Origin: Candidatus Egerieisoma sp.
GTDB lineage: Bacteria > Bacteroidota > Bacteroidia > Bacteroidales > UBA932
Direction of reading: 5' to 3'
Assembly: GCA_045592325.1 (NCBI GenBank)
Contig: JAZNUM010000058.1
Coordinates: 834-64,833 of the forward strand
DNA: 64,000 bases
Below the pieces are notes generated by a model. The model searched no databases. It worked only from the letters and a program-made list of their open reading frames with translations, and was not told the DNA's origin. The position numbers were made by a program, and so were the translations under genes. Below are positions 47,814 to 56,822 of the stretch, piece by piece; the stretch's first letter is position 1; every line of letters begins with the position of its first letter.

Positions 47814-47976
47814 TGAAATTCATTATCCTTATGAGTTAATGGCAACCTCGGCTACAACCATCTACAGAGGACTTTTTAAAAAAACTCCGAGGACAACGGC
47901 CCCAAATTGCCCCGTTATCCTCAGTACCCCTCCTTCCATTGCTTCCCGACAGATTATGTAAGGATAACGAAATTCA
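47814..47976 (+). repeat. 164-bp repeat element, copy B
   Basis: Same ends, same central hairpin region (GAGGACAACGGCCCC...GCCCCGTTATCCTC) and the same CTTCC.TTGCTTCCCGACAG block as copy A. The left-central ~47 nt have diverged. Confidence 0.8.
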
Positions 47977-48025
47977 CTTTCTACCAATAATTTGAATTAG
48001 CGGTACAACCTCTAATATTTTTTAT

Positions 48026-48033
48026 TAGATTTG
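48026..48033 (+). promoter_or_regulatory. -7 box TAGATTTG upstream of the asnA leader
   Basis: TAnnTTTG match 9 nt before the leader ATG. Confidence 0.4.
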
Positions 48034-48041
48034 CACCAGTT

Positions 48042-48125
48042 ATGAGACTCTACAATAATAATATCATTATAAACAATTGCATCAATAACCTTTTTGTTGC
48101 AGTGGGGAGTCTTATTGTTTTATAG
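48042..48125 (+). CDS. candidate Asn-rich leader peptide (27 aa)
   Basis: ATG AGA CTC TAC AAT AAT AAT ATC ATT ATA AAC AAT TGC ATC AAT AAC ... TAG translates to MRLYNNNIIINNCINNLFVAVGSLIVL. 7 of 27 codons are Asn. Located upstream of asnA. Confidence 0.5.
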   Translation: MRLYNNNIIINNCINNLFVAVGSLIVL

Positions 48126-48148
48126 GTAAATGTTTTAATGTAAATGAT

Positions 48149-48176
48149 AAGGCTCTCGGCAATGAGGGCCTTTTTT
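48149..48176 (+). terminator. intrinsic terminator (attenuator) between the leader ORF and asnA
   Basis: AAGGCTCTC-GGCAAT-GAGGGCCTT (9 bp with one G-U pair) followed by TTTTTT. Confidence 0.7.
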
Positions 48177-48280
48177 AATGGTGTACCAACCGTACCGGCA
48201 AAACCGGCAAAACCGGCAGCAACAACGGCAACCGGTAGTGACTGGCAGCAATACGGAGCATCTTTTTGGAGATTGGGATT

Positions 48281-49321
48281 ATGGGAAAATTGTTTATTCC
48301 GCAGGGATATGTTTCAAAACTGGATGTATGGCAGACAGAGAGGGCCATCAAGTTTATAAAGGATACTTTTCAGCAACACCTTTCGGCACAACTGAAGCTC
48401 AGGAGGGTAACTGCTCCGCTGGTGGTGGAGGCAAACAAGGGGTTGAATGACAATTTGTCGGGAGTGGAGGCCCCGGTAACTTTCGCCGTAAATGATCTTG
48501 GAGAGGGAAAGAAGGTCGAGATTGTGCAGTCACTTGCAAAATGGAAGAGATATACCCTCTGGAGACATCATATTGAAGCAGGGAAAGGTATTTATACAGA
48601 TATGAATGCTCTCCGCCCGTGCGAGGAACTGGACAATATCCACTCCATTTATGTTGACCAGTGGGATTGGGAGAAGGTGATGCTGGAGAGTGAACGTACC
48701 ACAGAATACCTGCACCAGACAGTAGAGTGCATCTACAAGGCTCTCAAACATACAGAGTACCTTTTATGTGAACAATATCCTGTCTTCTCCCCTTTCCTTC
48801 CCGACAAAGTGCATTTTATGCATGCAGAGGAACTCCGCAGGGAATACCCAGGCCTCGCCCCCAAAGGGAGAGAATATGAAATATGCAAAAAATATGGGGC
48901 AGTGTTCATTCAGGGTATAGGATGTGCATTGGGTGACGGCACCCTGCACGACACCCGCTCCTCTGATTATGATGACTGGAGTTCCCCTACCCCCGACGGG
49001 TTCTGCGGTCTGAACGGTGATATCCTAATCTACAATCCTGTATTGGATTCCGCATTTGAAATCTCCTCAATGGGCATAAGGGTAAATCCACATGCCCTTG
49101 AAAAGCAATTGGAGATCAGCGGCAACACAGAACGCAAGAAACTCATGTTCCACTCGTTGCTACTGGAAGGAAAACTTCCGCAGACAATTGGTGGCGGTAT
49201 TGGCCAAAGCCGCCTATGTATGCTCCTTATGGGGAAATGCCATATTGGAGAAGTTCAGAGCGGAGTATGGGATGATGCAACCAGGGCTGCCTGTGCAGAT
49301 GCCGGGGTATATCTGTTGTAA
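48281..49321 (+). CDS. asnA: aspartate--ammonia ligase (asparagine synthetase A)
   Basis: ERAIKFIKDTFQQHLSAQLKLRRVTAPL...DWEKV...GGGIGQSRLCMLLL-like class II aaRS-related AsnA blocks. Start taken at MGKLFIPQ. Confidence 0.9.
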   Translation: MGKLFIPQGYVSKLDVWQTERAIKFIKDTFQQHLSAQLKLRRVTAPLVVEANKGLNDNLSGVEAPVTFAVNDLGEGKKVEIVQSLAKWKRYTLWRHHIEAGKGIYTDMNALRPCEELDNIHSIYVDQWDWEKVMLESERTTEYLHQTVECIYKALKHTEYLLCEQYPVFSPFLPDKVHFMHAEELRREYPGLAPKGREYEICKKYGAVFIQGIGCALGDGTLHDTRSSDYDDWSSPTPDGFCGLNGDILIYNPVLDSAFEISSMGIRVNPHALEKQLEISGNTERKKLMFHSLLLEGKLPQTIGGGIGQSRLCMLLMGKCHIGEVQSGVWDDATRAACADAGVYLL

Positions 49322-49411
49322 TGCAGCTGCTGTAAAGCCGCCAGCATCTTATAGGAAAACAGCCTTAATCTTCGGGGAATCACCCCATTATTGAGGGAAA
49401 TCTGCACTCCC

Positions 49412-50842
49412 CTATCGGGAAGCAACTTTCCTGAAGAACAGTCCTGCGCATAGCAATGTTGCTACCGCTCCACCAATATAACCTGCAACAGGCTCAAGAT
49501 TGAGTCCTCCCTGTACATTAGGTGCAATAAGGAGGAAGCAGACACTCATATATGTAATGAACATTGCCGGAAGTGACATTACCCAATGGCTCTTTCCTAC
49601 TGTTGTAAGGTATACGGCACAAGCCCATAAAGTTATGGCAGCCAGCAACTGGTTACTAATACCAACGTATGTCCATATAATTGAGAAGTCAACGTTACAG
49701 CTTATGAATGCAACAAGGAATATTGGAATACAGATTATAATCCTGTTCTTCACAGGTTTCTGCGAATAGCCTACGGCATCTGCCAAAATAAGCCTCAAAC
49801 TTCTGAAGGCGGTATCGCCTGATGTAATTGGACAAACCACAATACCAAGGATTGCTATCACGGCTCCAATCTTGCCAAGCCAACTTTCACAAATGGTGTT
49901 TACAATTATTGCAGGGGTATTACCGGCATCAGCCATAGCGTTCAGTTGCTCCGGGCCGCCAAAATATGCCATTGCGGCAGTTGCCCAGATACATGCAACA
50001 ACACCCTCTGCTATCATTGCGCCATAGAAAATAGGACGTCCATACTTCTCATTACTCATACAACGGGCCATGAGTGGCGACTGTGTAGCATGGAAACCGC
50101 TTATCGCTCCACATGAAATCACAATGAAAAGCATTGGAATAAGCATATATTCTCCAGCATTTGATTTATAATTATGAAACGTTGCAGGTGTCAGTTCAAC
50201 CATACTCAACTCCCCGGCAAACCCTTTTACAAGAATAGATCCGCCAATGACTACTGCCATAAAGAGCAGCACTGCCCCCATATATGGATAAATTGTCCCT
50301 ATAATCTTGTCTATCGGGAGGAGGGTTGCAATTATATAATAAATGAAAATCAATGTAAGCCACACCTTTATATCCCATCCCGACAACTGTTGCAACAAAC
50401 CTGCCGGACCGCTTATGAATGAAGTTCCTACTGCAAAAAGGAGCACAATTATAACGAACGTAAGAATCTTGGTAAATCCTTTCCCCAAATATTTGCCAAT
50501 CACCTCATTCAGGCTCGCCCCCTTATGCCTTAATGAAAGCATCCCCGCAACATAATCGTGCGATGCACCCATAAAGATACACCCCAGCACAATCCACAGA
50601 TAAGCTATAGGGCCATACGCTGCACCCATTATTGCGCCAAAGATAGGCCCCAATCCTGCAATATTGAGAAACTGAATAATAAATATCTTCCACGGCTTTA
50701 TAACCTGATAATCCACACCATCCGCCATCTCCACTGCCGGAGTGATACGAGAAGAATCTGCACCAAAGAATTTATCTATAAACTTGCCATAGGTAAAATA
50801 CCCGGCAACAAGCAATGTAATAGAAACTAAAAATGTAATCAT
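49412..50842 (-). CDS. cstA: carbon starvation protein A family transporter
   Basis: 476-aa polytopic protein. FGKFIDKFFG...NIAGLGPIFGAIMGA...GCIFMGASHDY are CstA motifs. Confidence 0.85.
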   Translation of the reverse strand: MITFLVSITLLVAGYFTYGKFIDKFFGADSSRITPAVEMADGVDYQVIKPWKIFIIQFLNIAGLGPIFGAIMGAAYGPIAYLWIVLGCIFMGASHDYVAGMLSLRHKGASLNEVIGKYLGKGFTKILTFVIIVLLFAVGTSFISGPAGLLQQLSGWDIKVWLTLIFIYYIIATLLPIDKIIGTIYPYMGAVLLFMAVVIGGSILVKGFAGELSMVELTPATFHNYKSNAGEYMLIPMLFIVISCGAISGFHATQSPLMARCMSNEKYGRPIFYGAMIAEGVVACIWATAAMAYFGGPEQLNAMADAGNTPAIIVNTICESWLGKIGAVIAILGIVVCPITSGDTAFRSLRLILADAVGYSQKPVKNRIIICIPIFLVAFISCNVDFSIIWTYVGISNQLLAAITLWACAVYLTTVGKSHWVMSLPAMFITYMSVCFLLIAPNVQGGLNLEPVAGYIGGAVATLLCAGLFFRKVASR

Positions 50843-50883
50843 AATATGTAATTTTCCCGCTACAAATTTATAATTATTTTTGC

Positions 50884-50914
50884 AAGTCGGTCCCCAAAGT
50901 CGGTCCCCGACTTT
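50884..50914. repeat. 13-bp-period direct repeat AAGTCGGTCCCC x2, forming a hairpin
   Basis: Copies at 50884-50895 and 50897-50908. AAAGTCGG-TCC-CCGACTTT hairpin at 50896-50914, followed by TAAAAAATTTTTT. Confidence 0.75.
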
Positions 50915-50929
50915 TAAAAAATTTTTTGG

Positions 50930-51688
50930 ATGAAAAGGATAATTTTATATGGGGCTTCTTCGGGTATAGGGAGAGCCCTTGCAGAATTGTATGCCGCGCA
51001 AGGCAATAAAGTGGCTGTAGCTGCACGGAGAATTGACCGGCTGCAGTTGGTCCAAAAGGAATATCCACAACAAATAATACCGTTCCAAGTGGATGTTACA
51101 GAAAAATGGGAGGAGGTCTCAGACAGTTCCTTATCACCACGTACCAGTTTCTTAAGGATGGTGGAGGCCCTTGGCGGTGCTGATATTGTTATATACAGTT
51201 CAGGGATGGGAAAACAGAACGCAGACTTTGACATGGATATTGAAAAGCGTACGATTGATGTGAATGTAACGGGATTCACCGCCATTGCCGCAGCAGTTGC
51301 CGAATATGGGAGCAAGGCCGGACACCATGTCCAGTTTGCTACAATCTCTTCAATAGCATCAATACGCGGCATTGGTGTGAGTGCCTCCTACTCTGCCACA
51401 AAAATGTATCAGGTAAGGTATATGGAGTCTCTCCGCCAACTGGCAACCATCAAAGGGTGGAACATGAGTTTTACCACCATAAAACCCGGATTCATTGATA
51501 CCGATTTTATCAAAGGACAGAGATACCCAATGACTATGCCGCTGCAATATGCAGCTAAAAAAATAAAGAAGGCTATTGACAGAAGGGAATACTCCGCCAT
51601 AATTGACTGGAAATGGGCAATTGTGGTTGCACTCTGGAGGATTATTCCTAACTGGGTATGGTACATGCTTAAAATAAGCAGCAAATGA
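50930..51688 (+). CDS. SDR family oxidoreductase
   Basis: YGASSGIGRALAELYA (TGxxxGxG-type) and a YSATK active-site motif. Confidence 0.85.
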   Translation: MKRIILYGASSGIGRALAELYAAQGNKVAVAARRIDRLQLVQKEYPQQIIPFQVDVTEKWEEVSDSSLSPRTSFLRMVEALGGADIVIYSSGMGKQNADFDMDIEKRTIDVNVTGFTAIAAAVAEYGSKAGHHVQFATISSIASIRGIGVSASYSATKMYQVRYMESLRQLATIKGWNMSFTTIKPGFIDTDFIKGQRYPMTMPLQYAAKKIKKAIDRREYSAIIDWKWAIVVALWRIIPNWVWYMLKISSK

Positions 51689-51715
51689 TATTCCCGACAT
51701 CGGGAAGGGATATGC

Positions 51716-51749
51716 AATAGGGGATGACCAGTTTTAGTCATCCCCTATT
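51716..51749. terminator. bidirectional hairpin terminator
   Basis: 13-bp perfect stem AATAGGGGATGAC-(8 nt)-GTCATCCCCTATT followed by TTGT. Lies between convergent genes. Confidence 0.7.
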
Positions 51750-51761
51750 TGTATCATCTGG

Positions 51762-53423
51762 CTAGATTACCTCCACGCCCTGTTCCTGGAGCATCTTTAA
51801 ACCTATATCCTTGAGTTTGAACTTCTGTATCTTGCCGCTGCCGGTAAGTGGGAAGCCCTCTACAAAAAGGACATATTTAGGTATCTTGTAACGGGCAATC
51901 TTACCTTTGCAGAACTCTTTTATATCACTCTCGTGCAAATCTGCCCCCTCGTGAGGAATGATGAATGCGCCTACCTCTTCACCATATTTCCTTGAAGGGA
52001 TACCTGCAACCTGAACATCCTTTATACCTGGATAATGATATAGGAATTCCTCTATCTCACGAGGATAAATATTCTCGCCACCCCTGATTATCATATCCTT
52101 TATACGTCCGGTAATACGGTAATTGCCGTTTTCATCCTTTATTCCCAAATCTCCTGAGTGGAGCCATCCGTTTGCATCTATTGCCTCCGCTGTAGCCTGA
52201 GGGTTCTTGTAGTACCCCTTCATTGTGTTGTACCCCTTGTTGCACAACTCACCTTGTACACCGGCAGGACACTCCTCACCTGTCTCCGGATCCAGAACTG
52301 CAACCTGTGTATGCTCAAATTCATAACCTACAGTGGTACATCTCTCTTCAAAACTCTGGTCCATTCGGGTGTGGGTCATCCCCGGAGCCGCCTCTGTAAG
52401 GCCGTATACACTGGTAACCTTCATGTACATCTTCTCCTCCACCTTTTTCATGAGTTCAACAGGGCACAAGGCTCCGGCCATGATACCAACTCTAAGGGAT
52501 GAAAGGTCAAACATATCAAACATAGGATGATTGAGTTCTGCTATGAACATGGTAGGTACACCATAAAGTGATGTGCACCTCTCCTTGTGTACAGACGCAA
52601 GAACTACAAGCGGATCAAATTTCTCCACCATAACCTCTGTACAGCCGTGGGTGAGGACATTCATTGTTGCCAACACCACTCCAAAACAATGGAAAAGGGG
52701 TACACATACACAAAGTTTGTCTTCTGAGGTAAACTTCATGTGTTCTCCGGTAAGGAATCCGTTGTTGGTTATATTGTGATGTGTAAGCATAACCCCTTTA
52801 GGAAAACCTGTTGTTCCCGACGTATATTGCATGTTTACAACATCAAAACAACTTACACTTTCCTTAACCTTCTCATACTCTTTCTCCTTAAGGCTGTTCC
52901 TTCCCAAAAGGAGCAGTTCCGGGATATTGTACATTCCCCTGTACTTCTCCTGCCCTATGAACACCAGATTCTTGAGCATGGGAAACTTTGCGCTCTCCAG
53001 CCTGCCCCTCTGGCTTGTCTTCAATTCCGGGAGCATATTGTAAACCATCCCAACAAAATCACTTTCGCGGTCACGGTCTATGATACACAGGGTATGCATG
53101 TCTGAATTCTGACACACATACTCGAGTTCAGACTGCTTGTAGTTAGTGTTTACAGTAATGGCTACCGCACCCAATTTTGCACAAGCATAAAGCACTGTAA
53201 GCCAATCCGGGACATTGGTTGCCCAAATTCCCACATGGGACCCTTTGGTTACACCAATCTCCATAAATCCTTTTGCAAGGTTGTCAACCCTCTCATTCAA
53301 CTGGGCATATGTAAATCTCAGATTTCTGTCTGAATAGACCACCGCCTCCTTATGAGGGGTTTCACAAGCCCATTTTTCCAACCAATCACCTATGGTTTGC
53401 TCAAATAACGGTAATGTACCCAT
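51762..53423 (-). CDS. AMP-binding acyl-CoA synthetase (fatty-acid--CoA ligase family)
   Basis: [20 protein letters not shown] (AMP-binding motif), YGLTE and GWLHSGDLG...[16 protein letters not shown]. Confidence 0.9.
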   Translation of the reverse strand: MGTLPLFEQTIGDWLEKWACETPHKEAVVYSDRNLRFTYAQLNERVDNLAKGFMEIGVTKGSHVGIWATNVPDWLTVLYACAKLGAVAITVNTNYKQSELEYVCQNSDMHTLCIIDRDRESDFVGMVYNMLPELKTSQRGRLESAKFPMLKNLVFIGQEKYRGMYNIPELLLLGRNSLKEKEYEKVKESVSCFDVVNMQYTSGTTGFPKGVMLTHHNITNNGFLTGEHMKFTSEDKLCVCVPLFHCFGVVLATMNVLTHGCTEVMVEKFDPLVVLASVHKERCTSLYGVPTMFIAELNHPMFDMFDLSSLRVGIMAGALCPVELMKKVEEKMYMKVTSVYGLTEAAPGMTHTRMDQSFEERCTTVGYEFEHTQVAVLDPETGEECPAGVQGELCNKGYNTMKGYYKNPQATAEAIDANGWLHSGDLGIKDENGNYRITGRIKDMIIRGGENIYPREIEEFLYHYPGIKDVQVAGIPSRKYGEEVGAFIIPHEGADLHESDIKEFCKGKIARYKIPKYVLFVEGFPLTGSGKIQKFKLKDIGLKMLQEQGVEVI

Positions 53424-53432
53424 AACAGAATC

Positions 53433-54002
53433 TTAAACAGGTATATAAACTACAGCCAACAATTTTGCACCTCCTGCGGTACGCGGAAGCACAAGATGCG
53501 GTACTATTGAATCATAATAAATTGTATCACCTTTTGAAAGTACATATACATCTTTGCCATATCTTACCTCAACCTCCCCCTCAAGTACATACATGAACTC
53601 CTCCCCCTCATGGGATGACAACTGTTTTTCTTCCGACATATGCAGGTTTACAATATATGTCTCCATGTGCCTGTCCTGCTTCTGGCTTGAAAGGCTATAA
53701 TAACTCATTTGGTTTCCGGTATTCTCCTTCCCCCTCATAACAGGATTGTCCTGCATCTCCATTGCCCTTGAGACCACAGGACCGTCATTAGAAAAGTCAT
53801 CCAGGACAGTACCGACACGCACTCCCAGAACACGTACAATCTTAATCAGTTCCCCTATTGTAGGAACCTGTACATTCTCCTCAATAACATTCAGGTACTG
53901 GGCATTCAAACCGCTCTTCTGCGCCATTTCTTCCAACGGGATATTCTTCATCTCCCTCAAACTTCTGATCTTTGATCCAATGGCTGAATTTAACTTTTCC
54001 AT
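53433..54002 (-). CDS. XRE-family HTH regulator with C-terminal cupin domain
   Basis: IGSKIRSLREMKNIPLEEMAQKSGLNAQYLNVIE is an HTH_3 pattern. GEEFMYVLEGEVEV...GDTIYYDSIVPH is a cupin pattern. Start taken at MEKLNS. Confidence 0.8.
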   Translation of the reverse strand: MEKLNSAIGSKIRSLREMKNIPLEEMAQKSGLNAQYLNVIEENVQVPTIGELIKIVRVLGVRVGTVLDDFSNDGPVVSRAMEMQDNPVMRGKENTGNQMSYYSLSSQKQDRHMETYIVNLHMSEEKQLSSHEGEEFMYVLEGEVEVRYGKDVYVLSKGDTIYYDSIVPHLVLPRTAGGAKLLAVVYIPV

Positions 54003-54219
54003 CTTCTTATAAATTAATTGATTTGTTAAAAACCACCTCCAAAAAGCAGGGGTAGAACAAAGCAAAAGTAGTAAATTATCATATACATTATTCCTATTTT
54101 TTACATTTTTTTAAAGGCTAACGCCCTGCTTTTAAATACATTATTTGCGTACTTTAAAGATTTTTGTTTAAATTTGAAACCAGTTTGAAAAATCGAGTAA
54201 AAAAAACGCACCTTTTACC

Positions 54220-55128
54220 GTGGAAACAATTATAAAATCAATTTATGAGAATTATCTCTATTCAGTGGGGATAGGCAAGGTTGCAGATTATATCCCCCCT
54301 TTGGCAAACGTTCCTCCCGACAAATATGCCATTTCTGTTTGCACCGTAGAAGGAGAAAAATACAATATCGGGGACTACTCCGAGAAGTTTTCTATCCAAA
54401 GTATTTCCAAGGTGCTTACACTTTCAATGCTTTCACCAATGGTGGGCAAAGAAATTTGGGAATGTGTCGGCAAAGAGCCGTCGGGAAGCCCTTTCAACTC
54501 CCTTGTACAGTTGGAGTACGAAAAGGGGATTCCACGCAATCCGTTCATAAATGCCGGGGCACTTGTAATTACAGACAAACTTCTGCAACTGGTGCCCGAT
54601 TTCAATGAAAAACTGCTGGAGTATGTCCGTTCCCTCGCCGGATCAGAAGATATCCATTACAACAAAGAGGTCTCTGACAGCGAATATACCACCGGAGAAA
54701 GGAACAAGGCACTGGCCCATCTTATGAAAAGTTTCGGCAACTTTAAAGGCAAAGTAAGCAACGTATTCCGCTCATACTGCAACCAGTGCAGCATAGAAAT
54801 GAGCACACAACAGCTTGCCCAGACATTCCTTTTCCTTGCCAATAAAGGGATAAATCCTCTCAACGGGGAGCAGGTAGTAAGTTACAGGGATTCCAAAAGG
54901 ATAAACGCACTTATGCTCACATGCGGATTTTATGATGAAAGCGGAGACTTTGCATACCGCGTGGGAATGCCCGGCAAAAGTGGTGTAGGTGGCGGCATAG
55001 TTGCCGTAATACCCGGGAAACTTTCCATTGCAGTGTGGAGCCCCGAACTCAACAGGCACGGCAACTCATGCAGAGGTATCGCTACCCTGGCAGACTTCAC
55101 AACAGAATTAGGTATAAGCGTATTTTAA
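54220..55128 (+). CDS. glsA: glutaminase A
   Basis: GKVADYIPPLA...FSIQSISKV...NPFINAGAL...MPGKSGVGGGIVAV are glutaminase motifs. Apparent GTG start. Confidence 0.9.
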   Translation: METIIKSIYENYLYSVGIGKVADYIPPLANVPPDKYAISVCTVEGEKYNIGDYSEKFSIQSISKVLTLSMLSPMVGKEIWECVGKEPSGSPFNSLVQLEYEKGIPRNPFINAGALVITDKLLQLVPDFNEKLLEYVRSLAGSEDIHYNKEVSDSEYTTGERNKALAHLMKSFGNFKGKVSNVFRSYCNQCSIEMSTQQLAQTFLFLANKGINPLNGEQVVSYRDSKRINALMLTCGFYDESGDFAYRVGMPGKSGVGGGIVAVIPGKLSIAVWSPELNRHGNSCRGIATLADFTTELGISVF

Positions 55129-55140
55129 ACACCGTAAATA

Positions 55141-55718
55141 TGGATTTCAGACTCAGGGTATTCCTAGCCGTGGCAGACAATTTGAGTTTTACAAAGGCCT
55201 CAAAGGAGCTTTTCATCTCCCAACCTGCAATTACCAAGCACATCCAGGAACTTGAAAACACCTATATGGTACAACTTTTCTCCCGACAAGGGGGGCGTAT
55301 CAGTCTCACACCCCAAGGGGAACTGTTCAGAATCCATGCAAAGCGGATAATAGAGGGGTATGAAAATCTCCAATACGAAATTAACCTTTCAAAAGAGTCC
55401 TTTCACGGAGAGTTCATAGTGGGCATCTGCAGTTCCATGGCACAGTCACTTATACCGCACCTTCCCGGAATAATGAGTTCAAAATTCCCGGACATGCATA
55501 CATCATTCATTATTGATGACAATGCACACATCAGGGCCGCCGCAGAAAATGGCACAATTGACTTGGGTATATTGATGAATGAGGGGAATATGGAAATGCT
55601 TCTATACAAAAAGGACGAAAAAGGAGAGACTGTCTCCTCATTCGTCCATAGATGGTGTAACAGATTCTGCAGAAAAATCAATAAAGGTCCTTGCTCTCCT
55701 TCATCTCCTGAGGAGTAA
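55141..55718 (+). CDS. LysR-family regulator, apparently C-terminally truncated (192 aa)
   Basis: MDFRLRVFLAVADNLSFTKASKELFISQPAITKHIQELE is a LysR HTH. The effector domain ends early, and the last ~40 nt overlap the 3' end of convergent cydB. Confidence 0.6.
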
Positions 55719-56817
55719 TCTTTGATTTGTCCATTTGTCTCCACGCATACACTATATATGCTAGTACAAAAGGTATCAGCAATGATACACAAGACATCAC
55801 AAACAAGGTAAACCTGCTTGAACTGCTGTTTGCAATTGTAAGGGAACTCTGAAGATCAGAGAAGGAAGGATAATAGGCAGTACCATTGAACCCTGCAAGG
55901 AAAAATACACTCATAACTGCAAGTACTGTCCCTATACCTCCAAACCATATCCCTTTTCTCTTATTTGTAAATGCACCATGCCATATGGCGGCAAGCACCA
56001 TTACAACACCAACAAGAAGCATTGCTAGAACTGCCGGCATCTGTATGAGGTTATGCATATATTTGTATGGTTCCATGAATACAACACCATCTGCATTCAC
56101 AGCAAAACCATCCCGGCACAACAATATAACTGTCCAACCCAAGAACGCTACAAGGAAAGGAAGTGCCACAAATCTGATTGTCCTGCGCATCTTGTGCTCA
56201 AGATCTGAATCATCAATATTGTTGATCAGATACAACGCTCCAAGAATGGCAGTAAGAAGCACCAATACAACACCCAACAGGACCGCATGGGGCTGGGCCA
56301 ATGCATCAAGGCCTCTCCAACCATTGCCCCAAGCACTTATGACAGGAGCAGCCGAATCCAGAATAGCGGAGCGGTTTACTGTAAAATCAGACCCAGTAAA
56401 GAAAGTGCCCACTGCAGTACCGGTAAGGAACGGTGCAAGGAATCCGTTGGCAACAAGTGCAATCCTGAAACCTTTTGCACCCAGCAGGTTCTCTTTCTTG
56501 TTCAGGAATTCATAAGATACAGCCTGAAATACAAAAGTAACAAGCAGAAGCATCCAAACCCAATATGCTCCACCAAAACTTGTACTGTAGAAAAGAGGAA
56601 ACGATGCAAAGAAAGCACCTCCAAAAGTAACCAGAGTTGTAAATGCCAATTCCCATTTACGTCCTGTAGAATTAACAACCATCCTTTTCTGCAAAGGAGA
56701 GAGTTTACCATTTACAAGGTGTATGTTTGCCCCCTGGACAAACATGAGGAATACCAATAATCCCCCTAAAAGGGATATCAGGCACCACCAATAGTTCTGT
56801 AAAAAACAATATGACAT
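55678..56817 (-). CDS. cydB: cytochrome bd ubiquinol oxidase subunit II
   Basis: 379-aa polytopic protein directly downstream of cydA. N-terminus NYWWCLISLLGGLLVFLMFVQG. Confidence 0.85.
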   Translation of the reverse strand: MSYCFLQNYWWCLISLLGGLLVFLMFVQGANIHLVNGKLSPLQKRMVVNSTGRKWELAFTTLVTFGGAFFASFPLFYSTSFGGAYWVWMLLLVTFVFQAVSYEFLNKKENLLGAKGFRIALVANGFLAPFLTGTAVGTFFTGSDFTVNRSAILDSAAPVISAWGNGWRGLDALAQPHAVLLGVVLVLLTAILGALYLINNIDDSDLEHKMRRTIRFVALPFLVAFLGWTVILLCRDGFAVNADGVVFMEPYKYMHNLIQMPAVLAMLLVGVVMVLAAIWHGAFTNKRKGIWFGGIGTVLAVMSVFFLAGFNGTAYYPSFSDLQSSLTIANSSSSRFTLFVMSCVSLLIPFVLAYIVYAWRQMDKSKITPQEMKESKDLY

Positions 56818-56822
56818 ATCTA

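Larger units (their letters stand above)
46356..47976 (+). mobile_element. candidate RAYT-type unit: repeat A, Y1-transposase-like gene, 26-bp array, repeat B
   Basis: Two ~164-bp direct repeats flank a HUH/Y1 gene. No target-site duplication is evident. Confidence 0.4.

Noticed and set aside
47493-47961. ORFs 47493-47732 (-), 47627-47845 (-), 47657-47839 (+) and 47683-47961 (+).
   Set aside because: They merely translate the 26-bp repeat in different frames (reiterated HWCGM / HQCA peptides). They are not credible genes.
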